A DNA stretch of 64,000 bases from Pseudomonadales bacterium (GCA_041395945.1 JAWKZN010000001.1:2684403-2748402); one strand, 5' to 3'; positions 34,780-45,958 are shown, counted from the first letter of the stretch. Numbers and translations are program-made. The notes: a model not told the origin generated them from the letters alone.

Positions 34780-35168
34780 GCTGTTTACTCCTTGAGCCGG
34801 TTGCCCGTAGTGGGAACACCGGGTTACATTCCGTTGATATGCCCGTTATCGGGATTTGGCTAGTCTCGCTGTGGGAGTATTCGGGGGAACCTCCTGAGCG
34901 ATCGAACGTCTGATCGGGTGCCAGGTACCCGGATCGACCTCCACGTCTGAAGACGGGAAAGCGGGTGACGGATACAGCCCGAGACGGATCTGAAAGTACG
35001 TCGATGACGAGCGAATGACCGCCACATCATACAAGGCTTCAGCCCCGTCGGCAGAAATTGCCTGAGAAAGTGAATTGAGCGCCGGTCCGGGGAAGCCGGA
35101 CCGGGAAACCAGGTGACCGGAACCTCATGCCGGTTGCCGCTGAGGACAAACCGCGGATAAGCAGTACG

Positions 35169-37421
35169 ATGATGACCAGAAACAGACAGCTCCCAGGCGG
35201 GTTCAGGATTGGCTTCGCTCTACTGACCGCCGGACTTTGGCTGTGGTGGTCGTCTACTGCGACCGCAGAGGATCCAGGCGCCGCAAGTCCACCCCAGCTC
35301 GCCATCTCCACACCGGCCAGGCTCGCTCCGGCCGACATCGATGAGCTGACCATCCTGGCCCCGCTGGACGTGCATCCGCGTACCAGCCTCACCATCGTCG
35401 AGCAGCTGCGCCACAACCACCTGCTCAAGAAAGACCTCAACGACCAGATATCCAGCGAGATATTCGATAAGTACCTGGATCTTCTCGACGGTGGCCGCGC
35501 CTATTTTCTCGCCGCCGATGTCCACGCTTTCGAAAAGTATCGCTACGAACTCGACGATGCCCTGATCCGCGGCAATCTCGATCCGGCCTTCGAAGTCTTC
35601 AACCGCTATCAGCAGCGTCTCGACGAGCGTCTCGAGTTCCTGCTCGACGAACTCGCCGCCGGTCTCGACAGGATGGATTTCGAAGCGGATGAAAGTATCG
35701 AAATCGACCGGGTGGATGCACCCTGGCCGGTCAACACAGCCGAGCTCGACGATCTCTGGCGCAAACGCCTGAAAGCCGCCGCGCTGGCCATGAAGCTCAA
35801 CGGCAAGCCCATCGATGAAATCGAGACGCTGCTCACCAAGCGTTATACCAACCGTCTGCGGCAGAGCCGTCAGACCAAGAGTGAAGACGCCTTTCAACTC
35901 TATGTGAACGCCTTCGCCAGCACCTACGACCCTCACACACAGTACTTCTCACCGAGAACGTCCCAGAATTTCAACATCAATATGTCGTTGTCGCTCGAAG
36001 GCATCGGTGCCGTTCTGCGCAGCGATGACGAGTACACGTCAGTGGTTGAACTGGTCACCGCCGGCCCGGCAGACAAGTCCGGCCTGATCCGCCCGTCGGA
36101 TCGCATCGTCAGCGTCGGCCAGGGGGAAAACGGAGCGCTGATCGATGTGGTCGGCTGGCGTCTGGATGATGTGGTGGAACTGATCCGCGGTCCGAAGGAT
36201 TCCACTGTGCGTCTGGAGATCATTCCCGGCACGTCGGAAGACGATACGACCCGGGTGATCTCCATCGTCCGCAACACGGTGAAGCTGGAAGAACAGGCTG
36301 CTCAGAAGCGTGTGCTCGAGCTCACCCGCAACGGTCAGCCGTATCGCATCGGCATCATCGAAGTCCCGACCTTTTACGTCGATTTCAAGGCCGTGCAGCA
36401 GGGCGATCCGAACTTCAAGAGCACCACCCGGGACGTCCGCCGCCTGATCGAAGAGCTGAAGGCGGAAGACATCGATGGTCTGATGATCGACCTGCGCAAC
36501 AATGGCGGTGGATCCCTTCAGGAAGCAGATTCTCTCACCGGTCTGTTCATACGTTCCGGTCCCACCGTGCAGGTGAAGTCCGGCGCCCGGCGGGCCAACA
36601 TCTACTCGGATACCGATGATGCCGTGGCCTGGGACGGTCCCCTGGCCGTGCTGATGAACAGACTGTCCGCCTCCGCCTCGGAGATTTTCGCAGGGGCCAT
36701 ACAGGACTATGGCCGTGGCATCCTGATCGGCAGCCAGACTTTTGGCAAAGGCACCGTGCAGACCCTGGTACCGCTCAATCGCGGCCAGCTGAAGATCACC
36801 GCCGCCAAGTTCTATCGGGTGTCGGGGCAGAGTACCCAGCACCAGGGTGTGTTACCCGACATTGCTTACCCGGAAATCTTCGATATCGAGCAGATTGGCG
36901 AGAGCTCGCTCGACGATGCAATGCCCTGGGATGTGATCCAGCCGGCCGTTTACCCCCGGACCCACCAGATTCAGACGCTGCTCCCCGAGCTGCAGTCCCG
37001 ACACGACCTGCGCACGCTGGATGATCCGGATTTCAACTACCTGCGGGCGCTGTCCGAACGCAACCGTCAGAACGGCCGCAAGACGCAGCTTTCCCTGAAA
37101 GAGAGCGAGCGGGTCAAGGAGAAGGCGGACGAGGACGCCTGGCGCCTGAATCTGGAAAACACCCTGCGTATCGCGAAGGGTGAGGCCCCGCTCAAATCGC
37201 TCGAGGAACTCAACAACCCGGATGGAGATGCCGAAACTGAAGGTGCTGCAGAAGAGGTGGACGCAGCGATCGAATCTCCCGCCGACCATGCCGCAGCGGA
37301 TCCGAGCAAAGACGCGCTGCTGGTGGAATCGGGTGAGATCCTCATCGACTACATCGGGCTCAGCCGTCAGGTCGCTCTGGTTGAGAGCACACCCGCTGGA
37401 TCGGAACGGGTGGTGCAGTGA
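35169..37421 (+). CDS. prc: tail-specific (C-terminal processing) protease, S41 family
   Basis: GIGAVL (PDZ region), DLRNNGGG, SASASEIFAGA (Ser nucleophile), GKGTVQ (Lys). Start ATG 35169 (or 35172) precedes the signal-like segment FALLTAGLWLWW. Confidence 0.9.
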   Translation: MMTRNRQLPGGFRIGFALLTAGLWLWWSSTATAEDPGAASPPQLAISTPARLAPADIDELTILAPLDVHPRTSLTIVEQLRHNHLLKKDLNDQISSEIFDKYLDLLDGGRAYFLAADVHAFEKYRYELDDALIRGNLDPAFEVFNRYQQRLDERLEFLLDELAAGLDRMDFEADESIEIDRVDAPWPVNTAELDDLWRKRLKAAALAMKLNGKPIDEIETLLTKRYTNRLRQSRQTKSEDAFQLYVNAFASTYDPHTQYFSPRTSQNFNINMSLSLEGIGAVLRSDDEYTSVVELVTAGPADKSGLIRPSDRIVSVGQGENGALIDVVGWRLDDVVELIRGPKDSTVRLEIIPGTSEDDTTRVISIVRNTVKLEEQAAQKRVLELTRNGQPYRIGIIEVPTFYVDFKAVQQGDPNFKSTTRDVRRLIEELKAEDIDGLMIDLRNNGGGSLQEADSLTGLFIRSGPTVQVKSGARRANIYSDTDDAVAWDGPLAVLMNRLSASASEIFAGAIQDYGRGILIGSQTFGKGTVQTLVPLNRGQLKITAAKFYRVSGQSTQHQGVLPDIAYPEIFDIEQIGESSLDDAMPWDVIQPAVYPRTHQIQTLLPELQSRHDLRTLDDPDFNYLRALSERNRQNGRKTQLSLKESERVKEKADEDAWRLNLENTLRIAKGEAPLKSLEELNNPDGDAETEGAAEEVDAAIESPADHAAADPSKDALLVESGEILIDYIGLSRQVALVESTPAGSERVVQ

Positions 37422-37595
37422 GGGTCCGGATCGACTGAGCCTGTCCTTCCAGGATAAAGCCCGACAGCGACATCCTCAGCGTCAGCGGCTGACCAGCCTT
37501 CATCTGCAGCGGACAGACCCGGAACCGGCTGAGGTAACGGGCAACCCCTTTGATTTTTCTGATCTGCCCGCACATAACCCTCTTATGAGAGTCGA

Positions 37596-40025
37596 GTGCC
37601 GCGCATGGATATCGATCAACAGGGCAAGCCAATAGATCGGCCCCTTTCTGAGCAGACCGACTCGGAGGCGGAGCAGGATGCTGATTCCGGCAGACAGATC
37701 ATCCTGCCGAGTGAGGCATACCCCAACCTCATCCACGTCCTCCCACACGACCGTCCTTTCTTCCCCGGCCAGGCGATTCCCCTGATCGTGGGTGCAGAGC
37801 ACTGGCTCAGCACCGTCGAAGCCATCCGCGAGCGGGGCCAGGACGTCGTTGGCCTGATTGCGACCCGGGAATCCTCCGATGGCATACCGGCTCCCGCGGA
37901 CCTTTTTGAAATGGGCACTCTGTGTCGTATCCACCGCGTGCACCGGGAGGGCGCCCAGCTGCAGATCCTGCTCGAAGGTCTGCAGCGCTTCCGCGTGCGG
38001 CGCTGGCTGAAGGATCAACCCCCCTTCGCCGTGAATGCCCAGTATTTTCCGGAACGGATCGGTTCAGATGCGGACACCGAAAAAGCCTATGCGATCGCGA
38101 TCATCAACATCATCAAGGAACTGATCCCCCTGAATCCGCTCTACGGCGAAGAGCTGAAAGTTTTCCTTGCGCGGTCCAATCCGAACGAACCCTCTGTGCT
38201 GGCAGATTTCGCAGCCAGTCTGACCTCGTCGAGTAAACCCGAACTGCAGGAGGTGCTGGAAACAGTCAACCTGCAGCGGCGACTCGAAAAGGTGGTGGAA
38301 CTGCTGCACAAGGAGCTGCAGATCGCCAAGGCACAGATGGAAATCCGCCGTCACGTCGAAGCCGAAATCCAATCCCACCAGCGCGAAGCCGTTCTTCGCC
38401 AGCAGCTCAAATACATCCAGAAGGAACTGGGGATCGCCAAGGACGACAAGACGGCTGAGATCGATGATTTTCGGGAACGTCTCGAATCCCTCACGGTGCC
38501 ACCGGCCGTCATGCAGCGGATCGAGGACGAGCTGCAGAAGCTGTCGATGCTCGAGGTCGGCTCGCCGGAATACGGTGTCACCCGCAACTACCTCGACTGG
38601 CTGACGTCGGTACCCTGGGGGCTGACCAGTGACGACGCCCGGGATCTGGAAGCGGCCACCCGCACCCTGAATCGCCATCATGAAGGTCTCGAAGACGTCA
38701 AGGAGCGCATCCTCGAGTTTCTCGCCCTCGGCATCATGAAAGGCCAGGTCGCCGGTTCCATCATCTGCTTCGTCGGTCCTCCGGGTGTCGGCAAGACGTC
38801 GCTCGGCCGGGCCATCGCTGCGGCACTGGAGCGCAAGTTCTATCGTTTCAGTGTTGGCGGTATGCGCGACGAAGCCGAGATCAAGGGTCACCGCCGCACC
38901 TACATCGGCGCCATGCCGGGCAAGCTGGTGCAGGCACTCAAGGACACCCGGGTGGTGAATCCCGTGGTGATGCTGGATGAAGTGGACAAGATCGGCGCTT
39001 CATTTCAGGGGGATCCCGCCAGCGCGCTGCTGGAGGTGCTCGACCCGGAACAGAACAGCAGCTTTCATGATCACTATCTGGACGTCGACCTCGACCTCTC
39101 CAGAGTCCTGTTTGTCTGCACTGCCAATCAGCTGGATACGATCCCCGGTCCGCTTCTGGATCGCATGGAAGTCATCCACCTTTCCGGCTACCTGGACAAG
39201 GAGAAACTCGCCATTGCACGGCGCCATCTGTTGCCTCGTCAGCTCGAACGCGCCGGATTGAAACGCCGGGGCGACCTTACAATCGAGGCCGCCGCGCTGC
39301 GCCAGATCGTCGAAGGCTATTCCAGGGAAGCGGGCGTCCGCCGCCTGGACAAAGCCCTGGCAGCCATCGTCCGCAAGGCGGTGATGAAGCTCCTGAAAGG
39401 TGCGCAACGCCCGCTGGTCGTGAAAGCGACAGACGTATCGGACTATCTCGGCCGTCCACTCTATGAGAAGGAGCTTCGCCAGAAAGGTGTGGGTGTGGTG
39501 ACCGGTCTGGCCTGGACAGCACTCGGCGGTGCCACACTGCCTGTTGAAGCGACTCGCGTCCACAGCCGGTCCGCGGGTTTCCAGTTGACGGGGCAGCTCG
39601 GCGAGGTCATGCAGGAATCCGCCAATATCGCTTACAGTCACCTGATCGCCAATGCAGATGCCCTGGGAGTGCCTGCCGGATATTTCGACAAGGCGTTCAT
39701 CCACCTGCATGTCCCGGCCGGTGCGACTCCGAAAGATGGTCCGAGTGCGGGAATCACCATCGCCAGCGCACTGCTGTCGCTCGCGCGTGCGCGTCAGCCC
39801 CGTATCAACTGCGCGATGACAGGTGAACTCACGCTGACCGGTCACGTCTACCCGATCGGCGGAGTGCGTGAGAAACTGCTCGCGGCCAGACGACAGAAAA
39901 TCCGCACCGTCATCCTTCCGGCCGCCAATGAACGTGATTACGAGGAGGTGCCCGAGCACATTCGCAAAGGCATCAAGGTGCATTTCGTCAAGGACTTCGA
40001 GGAAGTCGCAGAACTGATATTCTAG
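37596..40025 (+). CDS. Lon-family ATP-dependent protease (paralogue type, AsrA-like)
   Basis: LON N-domain, Walker A GPPGVGKTS, proteolytic DGPSAGITIASAL. GTG at 37596 or ATG at 37605 could be the start. Confidence 0.9.
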   Translation: MPRMDIDQQGKPIDRPLSEQTDSEAEQDADSGRQIILPSEAYPNLIHVLPHDRPFFPGQAIPLIVGAEHWLSTVEAIRERGQDVVGLIATRESSDGIPAPADLFEMGTLCRIHRVHREGAQLQILLEGLQRFRVRRWLKDQPPFAVNAQYFPERIGSDADTEKAYAIAIINIIKELIPLNPLYGEELKVFLARSNPNEPSVLADFAASLTSSSKPELQEVLETVNLQRRLEKVVELLHKELQIAKAQMEIRRHVEAEIQSHQREAVLRQQLKYIQKELGIAKDDKTAEIDDFRERLESLTVPPAVMQRIEDELQKLSMLEVGSPEYGVTRNYLDWLTSVPWGLTSDDARDLEAATRTLNRHHEGLEDVKERILEFLALGIMKGQVAGSIICFVGPPGVGKTSLGRAIAAALERKFYRFSVGGMRDEAEIKGHRRTYIGAMPGKLVQALKDTRVVNPVVMLDEVDKIGASFQGDPASALLEVLDPEQNSSFHDHYLDVDLDLSRVLFVCTANQLDTIPGPLLDRMEVIHLSGYLDKEKLAIARRHLLPRQLERAGLKRRGDLTIEAAALRQIVEGYSREAGVRRLDKALAAIVRKAVMKLLKGAQRPLVVKATDVSDYLGRPLYEKELRQKGVGVVTGLAWTALGGATLPVEATRVHSRSAGFQLTGQLGEVMQESANIAYSHLIANADALGVPAGYFDKAFIHLHVPAGATPKDGPSAGITIASALLSLARARQPRINCAMTGELTLTGHVYPIGGVREKLLAARRQKIRTVILPAANERDYEEVPEHIRKGIKVHFVKDFEEVAELIF

Positions 40026-40124
40026 TCCGGCGCAGCGCCGGGTCCGAACTTCCCGGCGCGGTGGTCAGTGATCGGGCTGTCAGAATTCGGTGCGGTCTGA
40101 AACGCGTCTCCCCAGGAGTACTTT

Positions 40125-41939
40125 TTGTCCCCAAGCATAGTCGCCCCGGATCTGCACGCCATCGCTGCGATGGTGCTTACGGTCTTCGCCCTCTATCTGT
40201 TCACCCGGGATCGCATTCCGCTGGAGATGACCAGTCTCGGTCTGATCGCCGTACTCGCCATCGGATTCACCCTCTTTCCCTATCCCGGCATAAAGGCCAC
40301 GGAATTTTTTCACGGCTTTGCGCACGAAGCGCTGATCGCAGTCTGTGCGCTGCTCGTGCTCGGCCAGGGTCTGGTGCGCACCGGCGCCCTGGAACCAATC
40401 GGCACCCTGTTGTCCCGGATCTGGGGCAAGGCCCCCTACCTGTCTTTCCTGCTGACCCTGGTGCTCAGTGCAGTGCTTTCGGCCTTCATCAACAACACGC
40501 CCATCGTGGTGCTTCTGCTCCCCATTCTGATCAGCGTCTGCCTGCGCACCGGGGCTTCACCGACCGGAATTCTCATGCCCATGGGTTTCGCGACCCTGGT
40601 CGGCGGTATGGCTACGACGATCGGAACCTCCACAAATCTGCTGGTTGTGAGCGTGGCTGCTGACATGGGGCTCGATTCCATCGGCATGTTCGATTTCGTT
40701 TTCCCCGCCAGCATCGGCGCCGGGGTGGCCATCCTGTATCTGTGGCTGATTGCTCCACGTATTCTGCCGGCACGGCAGATTGAGCTCTCCAACCCTTCTC
40801 CCCGGGTTTTCGACGCCCGCCTGCATATCGGGGAGGACTCCCCCTTTGTCGACAGAACCCTGGCCGAGGCAAAGGCCGCCGCCGGTGGTGACATGCACGT
40901 CGTCCGCATACGCCGCGGTGACGCATTCGTATTGCCCCTGCCGGATGTGCGTCTGCGGGCCGGTGACCGGCTGCGTGTGCGTGATACACCGAATCGCCTC
41001 AAAGGATTCGAGAAAGCACTCAAAGCTCGCATGTACTCCGGCGATCACATTGTCGATGAAGCCCATCCTCTGCTGGCCGAGAATCAGGTGCTCGCCGAGA
41101 TCGCCGTGGTACCGGGATCGACGCTGGATCGGGCCAATCTCAAATACACCCGCTTCCTGGATCGGTTTCAGCTTGCCGTGCTGGCCCTGCACCGTGCCGG
41201 CAAGGACATCTGGCATGCCAAGGAAGAAATTCAGGACGTGATACTCCAGCCGGGAGACATCCTGCTCGTGCAGGGTCCTGCAGAACAGATTTCTGCCCTC
41301 AAGCGCTCGACGGATTTTCTCGTGGTCGACGCCAGCATGGACCTGCCCAAAACCAGCAAAGCCTTCCTCGCCCTCGCTGTGCTTGCCGGCGTGGTTCTGC
41401 TTTCCGCTGCGGGCATTCTGCCGATCGCGGTCAGCGCCATCAGTGGTGCGGTCATTCTGCTGCTCACCCGCTGTCTGGATCTGGAAGCTGCCGTGCGGGC
41501 GATCAGCACTTCGGTCTATTTCGTGGTGGTCGCCAGTCTGGCACTCGGTCACGCCCTCATCGAAACCGGCGCGATCGACTACATCACCAGTGTCTTTCTC
41601 AGTGCGACCGACGGCGCGAGCCCCACCGTGATACTCGGCGGGCTGATGCTGATGCTCGCGATTCTCACCAATGTGGTCACGAACAATGCCGCCGCAGTGA
41701 TCGGTACGCCGATCGCAGTCAGTATTGCCGTGCAGCTGAATCTTCCCCCGGAACCCTTCGTGCTCGCGGTGTTATTCGGGGCCAATCTCAGCTATGCCAC
41801 TCCCATGGCCTACAACACCAATCTGCTGGTGATGAGCGCAGGCAACTACACCTTCGCAGATTTCGTGAAGGTCGGGGTGCCGCTATCGATTCTGATGTGG
41901 GTGACGCTGACCTGGGTGTTGAGCGCCATGTACTTCTGA
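40125..41939 (+). CDS. SLC13/DASS-type permease with two central TrkA-C (RCK_C) domains
   Basis: Polytopic termini flank two soluble repeats (VVRIRRGDAFVLPLPDVRLRAGDRLRV; LAVLALHRAGKDI...ILQPGDILLVQG). TTG start at 40125, so the start is uncertain. Confidence 0.8.
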   Translation: MSPSIVAPDLHAIAAMVLTVFALYLFTRDRIPLEMTSLGLIAVLAIGFTLFPYPGIKATEFFHGFAHEALIAVCALLVLGQGLVRTGALEPIGTLLSRIWGKAPYLSFLLTLVLSAVLSAFINNTPIVVLLLPILISVCLRTGASPTGILMPMGFATLVGGMATTIGTSTNLLVVSVAADMGLDSIGMFDFVFPASIGAGVAILYLWLIAPRILPARQIELSNPSPRVFDARLHIGEDSPFVDRTLAEAKAAAGGDMHVVRIRRGDAFVLPLPDVRLRAGDRLRVRDTPNRLKGFEKALKARMYSGDHIVDEAHPLLAENQVLAEIAVVPGSTLDRANLKYTRFLDRFQLAVLALHRAGKDIWHAKEEIQDVILQPGDILLVQGPAEQISALKRSTDFLVVDASMDLPKTSKAFLALAVLAGVVLLSAAGILPIAVSAISGAVILLLTRCLDLEAAVRAISTSVYFVVVASLALGHALIETGAIDYITSVFLSATDGASPTVILGGLMLMLAILTNVVTNNAAAVIGTPIAVSIAVQLNLPPEPFVLAVLFGANLSYATPMAYNTNLLVMSAGNYTFADFVKVGVPLSILMWVTLTWVLSAMYF

Positions 41940-42156
41940 GTCGAACCGGCTTCGACCCGGACGACCGGTCCATGGCTCCCGGGGGATGCGTGGGATTTTC
42001 TGCGCGGACTGATTGTTTCTTTCCCGCGCGATCAGTTCGGACTCGCTTCGATTTATCACGTCTATTCCGTTTCTTGTCGTAAGTTTTTCCCAGACGCCGC
42101 AACTTGTGCACGCCAGCGAGTCCGGGATTACACAACAGTAGAAAAGTTTCAGATGT

Positions 42157-42183
42157 GCGCCAGTTCACTCAACCTGGCGCTTT
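42157..42183 (+). terminator. terminator-like hairpin in a 530-bp convergent intergenic region
   Basis: GCGCCAG (42157-42163), 10-nt loop, CTGGCGC (42174-42180), followed by TTT. No annotated gene ends here. Confidence 0.25.
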
Positions 42184-42239
42184 AGAAATACTCCTTACAA
42201 GTCCTGGCGGCCTGATTTCGCAGCCTATTGCGAGGCTGG

Positions 42240-42420
42240 GGTGGATGCGAGGTCGCGGTGGAGAAAGGAATGGGGCGGGCCTACGCTCGGGCCCTCCGGG
42301 CTCCCCTCGATTGGCGGAGTTGCCTCGCGGGCTTCCCGTGAGGCAAATCGCTGCGCGAGGGCACGGCGGAGCCGCCGAGCGAGGCCCGGGGCAGTCCGTC
42401 CTCGATCACGCCCTGATCAA
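42240..42420. repeat. palindromic intergenic element, copy 2 (left arm degenerate)
   Basis: The core 42324-42420 aligns ungapped with 22976-23072: 85 of 97 positions identical by my hand count, same orientation. The left arm GGTGGATGCGAGGTCGCGG only partly complements the right arm. Confidence 0.7.
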
Positions 42421-42470
42421 CCCCTTCCGGGATTCCTGGCCGAACAGCTGCAGCCGTTGACGGATCGGGG

Positions 42471-43106
42471 CTAATCGAGCAGCAGTTCAAGCACCTCGAA
42501 CAGCGAGCCCACCACCTGGTGCCCGAGTGCGGCGACCTGCGGATCCGGCTGGACCAGATCGGGAACCTGGAATACCCGCAGACCGGCGGCATGGGCGGCG
42601 CGGACACCGTTGTTGGAATCCTCCAGCGCCCAGCACTGGCCCGGGGGATGGGACAGACGGCGGGTTGCTTCGAGATAGGGATCCGGATGGGGCTTGCCCC
42701 GCGGGGTCTCGCCACCACAGACGAGGTGGGAGAAATAGTCCTCCAGGCCCGCCAGCCGCAGCTTCTGCAGGGCGGTGGCGCGCCGGGTGGAAGTGGCCAG
42801 CGCCCGGGGAATGCCGAGATCCGCAAGATGATCCAGCAGTTCCCGCGCACCGGCTTTGACGGCCACCGGCCGGGTCTGAATGTAAGCTTCGTAGTGCGCT
42901 CCCCAGCACTCGCTCAATCGCGCATAGGGAAAGTCCGGGCCGTAGGCGGCGATGAGGATGCGCTCGGTGGATTCGTAGGTACCGCCCACGCAGAGGTCAT
43001 AGGCGGCAAGATCCGCCGGCCAGCCGACATCCGCACAGGCCTGCAGGAAGCAGTCCCGGGCCAGCCGCTCCGAATCGAGCAGCAGGCCGTCCATGTCGAA
43101 TACCAC
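42471..43106 (-). CDS. HAD-IA family hydrolase (phosphatase / beta-phosphoglucomutase-like)
   Basis: GTG start. Motif I VFDMDGLLLDSE. Motif III/IV region EDSNNGVRAAHAAG. Confidence 0.8.
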   Translation of the reverse strand: MVFDMDGLLLDSERLARDCFLQACADVGWPADLAAYDLCVGGTYESTERILIAAYGPDFPYARLSECWGAHYEAYIQTRPVAVKAGARELLDHLADLGIPRALATSTRRATALQKLRLAGLEDYFSHLVCGGETPRGKPHPDPYLEATRRLSHPPGQCWALEDSNNGVRAAHAAGLRVFQVPDLVQPDPQVAALGHQVVGSLFEVLELLLD

Positions 43107-43129
43107 CGCACCCGGGCGCGGGGGAGAAG

Positions 43130-45814
43130 TTACTTCGATGCTGCGGCCACCAGGTTGTTCAACACGTACTGGAGAATGCCGCCGGACTTGAAGTAGGCAA
43201 TCTCGTTTTCCGTGTCGAGGCGGCTCATCACCGTGGTTTCTGCTGTCGAACCATCCGCGCGGCGGATTCGCAGCACCATGTCCTGCCGCGGGGTCACCGT
43301 GCGCACGCCCTTGGGCAGCGCGATGTCGATGATTTCATCGCCTTTCAGACCCAGGGTTTTACGATCTTCCCCTTCTCTGAACTGCAGTGGCAGAACGCCC
43401 ATGCCGATCAGGTTGGAGCGGTGGATACGTTCGAAACTTTCCACCACCACAGCCTTCACACCCAGCAGCCGGGTGCCCTTCGCCGCCCAGTCACGGGAGG
43501 ATCCGGTGCCGTACTCCTTGCCGCCGATCACCACCAGCGGGATGCCTTCACCCTGATAACGCATGGCGGCGTCATAGATCGACAGTTCGTCACCACTGGG
43601 GATGTGGCGCGTGTAGCCGCCTTCCGTGCCCGGCACCATTTCATTCTTGATGCGGGTGTTGGCGAAGGTGCCGCGCATCATCACTTCGTGATTGCCGCGC
43701 CGGGAACCGTAGGAGTTGAAGTCGTCCTCGGTCACCGCATGCTGCAGCAGGTACTGTCCGGCCGGACTGTCCGGCTGGATGGCACCCGCCGGGGAAATGT
43801 GGTCCGTTGTCACGCTGTCACCGAGCACGGCCAGTACCCGCGCGCCGGAAACTGCAACATCCTGGTCCAGATCCCCGCCCACTGAAAAGAAGGGCGGCTG
43901 CTTGATGTAGGTGGAAGATTCCCAGCCGTAGGTTGCCGCGCTGGAGACGTCGATGGCCTGCCAGGCGGCCGGGCCGGTAAAGACATCGCCGTACTGGCGC
44001 TCGAACATGTCCGCAGAAACCTGAGCCACAGCCGTGCTGATTTCCGCATTGCTGGGCCAGATGTCCTTGAGAAAGACGTCTTTGCCATCCTTGCCTTTGC
44101 CGATCGGATCTTTCGAAAGATCGATGCGCGTGGTGCCGGCGATCGCATAGGCCACCACCAGCGGCGGCGACGCCAGCCAGTTGGTACGGATTTCCTGGTG
44201 CACGCGGCCTTCGAAGTTACGGTTACCCGAGAGCACCGACGCCACCACCAGATCCCCCGCGCTGATGGCGGCAGAGATGGGCTCCGGCAGGGGGCCGGAG
44301 TTACCGATGCAGGTGGTGCAGCCGTAACCCACCAGGTTGAACCCGAGGCTGTCGAGATCGTCCTGCAGGCCGGTTTTTTCCAGATACTCTGTGACCACCT
44401 TGGAGCCCGGCGCCAGGGAGGTCTTTACCCAGGGCTGAACCTTGAGCCCCAGGGCCAGAGCCTTCTTCGCCACCAGGCCGGCACCCAGCATCACCGCCGG
44501 ATTGGAGGTGTTGGTGCAGGAGGTGATCGCCGCCAGCACCACGTCGCCATGGCCGAGGTCATAGCTGGTGCCTGGCACGGGTACCCGGGCGTCCAGCGCA
44601 CTGCCGCGACCCTGAAGTTCCAGAGCTTCGTCGAACGCCTTGCGGGTGTTGCGCATGGCCACCCGATCCTGGGGCCGCTTCGGGCCGGCGAGGCTGGGTT
44701 CGACCGTCGAGAGATCGAGGCCGAGAGTGGCGGTAAAAGCAGGTTCCGCCGCACCATTCTCGCGCCACATGCCCTGGGCCCTGGCGTAGGCCTCCACCAG
44801 CGCCACGGTTTCCTTCGGGCGGTCGGACAGGCGCAGATAGTTGATGGTCTCCCCGTCGATGGGGAAAAAGCCGCAGGTCGCCCCATATTCGGGCGCCATG
44901 TTGGCGATGGTGGCCCGATCCGCCAGGGGCAGATCGTTGAGGCCGTCGCCGTAGAATTCGACGAACTTCCCGACCACACCGTGCTTGCGCAGCATCTCCA
45001 CCACGGTGAGCACCAGGTCGGTGGCGGTGATGCCTTCCTGGAGTCTGCCGGAAAGTTTGAAGCCCACCACATCGGGAATGAGCATGGACACGGGCTGGCC
45101 GAGCATGGCGGCTTCCGCTTCGATGCCACCCACACCCCAGCCCAGCACACCGAGGCCGTTGATCATGGTCGTGTGACTGTCTGTCCCGACCAGAGTATCC
45201 GGGAAAGCGAAGGTCTTGCCCCCCTCTTCCCTGGTCCACACCGCTCTGGCCAGATACTCCAGATTCACCTGATGGCAGATGCCGGTGCCCGGGGGCACCA
45301 CGCGGAAGTTGTCGAAGGCCTGCTGACCCCAGCGCAGGAAACGATAGCGCTCACCATTGCGGGTCATTTCCAGGGCGACGTTCGCATCGAAGGCGTCCGC
45401 ATTGCCGAACTTGTCCACCATCACCGAGTGATCGATCACCAGATCCACCGGTGAGAGCGGGTTGACGATACTGGCGTCATAGCCTGCCTCCTTCACCACG
45501 CTGCGCATCGCAGCGAGATCGGCCACCGCGGGCACGCCGGTAAAGTCCTGCATGAGGACCCGGGCCGGACGGTAGGCAATTTCTTCCGCCGGTGGCGGAT
45601 TCGCCGCCCAGCCTGCCAGGGCGGTGATATCGGCCTTCTTGACCGTGTTGTTGTCTTCGAAACGCAGCAGATTCTCGAGCAGGATTTTCAGCGACACCGG
45701 GAGTCGATCCACCGCACCCGCACCCGCTGCCTGGGCAGCCGGGAGGCTGTAGTACTCGTAAGAGCTGGCGCCCACCTTGAGCGTTTTACGGGATTTGAAG
45801 CTGTCTAGACTCAT
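43130..45814 (-). CDS. acnA: aconitate hydratase A
   Basis: 894 aa. [45 protein letters not shown]. Classic AcnA/IRP-type layout. Confidence 0.95.
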   Translation of the reverse strand: MSLDSFKSRKTLKVGASSYEYYSLPAAQAAGAGAVDRLPVSLKILLENLLRFEDNNTVKKADITALAGWAANPPPAEEIAYRPARVLMQDFTGVPAVADLAAMRSVVKEAGYDASIVNPLSPVDLVIDHSVMVDKFGNADAFDANVALEMTRNGERYRFLRWGQQAFDNFRVVPPGTGICHQVNLEYLARAVWTREEGGKTFAFPDTLVGTDSHTTMINGLGVLGWGVGGIEAEAAMLGQPVSMLIPDVVGFKLSGRLQEGITATDLVLTVVEMLRKHGVVGKFVEFYGDGLNDLPLADRATIANMAPEYGATCGFFPIDGETINYLRLSDRPKETVALVEAYARAQGMWRENGAAEPAFTATLGLDLSTVEPSLAGPKRPQDRVAMRNTRKAFDEALELQGRGSALDARVPVPGTSYDLGHGDVVLAAITSCTNTSNPAVMLGAGLVAKKALALGLKVQPWVKTSLAPGSKVVTEYLEKTGLQDDLDSLGFNLVGYGCTTCIGNSGPLPEPISAAISAGDLVVASVLSGNRNFEGRVHQEIRTNWLASPPLVVAYAIAGTTRIDLSKDPIGKGKDGKDVFLKDIWPSNAEISTAVAQVSADMFERQYGDVFTGPAAWQAIDVSSAATYGWESSTYIKQPPFFSVGGDLDQDVAVSGARVLAVLGDSVTTDHISPAGAIQPDSPAGQYLLQHAVTEDDFNSYGSRRGNHEVMMRGTFANTRIKNEMVPGTEGGYTRHIPSGDELSIYDAAMRYQGEGIPLVVIGGKEYGTGSSRDWAAKGTRLLGVKAVVVESFERIHRSNLIGMGVLPLQFREGEDRKTLGLKGDEIIDIALPKGVRTVTPRQDMVLRIRRADGSTAETTVMSRLDTENEIAYFKSGGILQYVLNNLVAAASK

Positions 45815-45958
45815 GATTCGTCGCGTCCGGAGGGAAAAAGAGGACCATTTTGCCTCAACGGGACCACAACTCCCAAATTCCGGTAGGAATTTCCGGTGGA
45901 AACGCAGCCAACTGCGCCGTCAGAAGACTGGAATCGATGATCCCGGCGCCCGTCCGGG

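Noticed and set aside
34870-34960. TPP-riboswitch-like fragments (GGGGGAACC..CTGAGC..GAACGTCTGATCGGGTGCCAGG)
   Set aside because: The resemblance is only partial and the ACCC pairing segment is absent. The downstream gene (prc) has no link to thiamine. An Infernal scan would be needed to revive this idea.
35169-40025. Adjacent prc and Lon-paralogue genes, considered as a proteolysis system
   Set aside because: Both are common housekeeping or stress proteases. They are separated by 174 nt with no coupling, and nothing in the sequence indicates a functional unit.
42151-42183. 10-codon mini-ORF (MCASSLNLAL) coinciding with the 42157-42183 hairpin
   Set aside because: It has no RBS, and the ORF is simply the hairpin sequence read in frame. 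It is too short to support without ribosome profiling.
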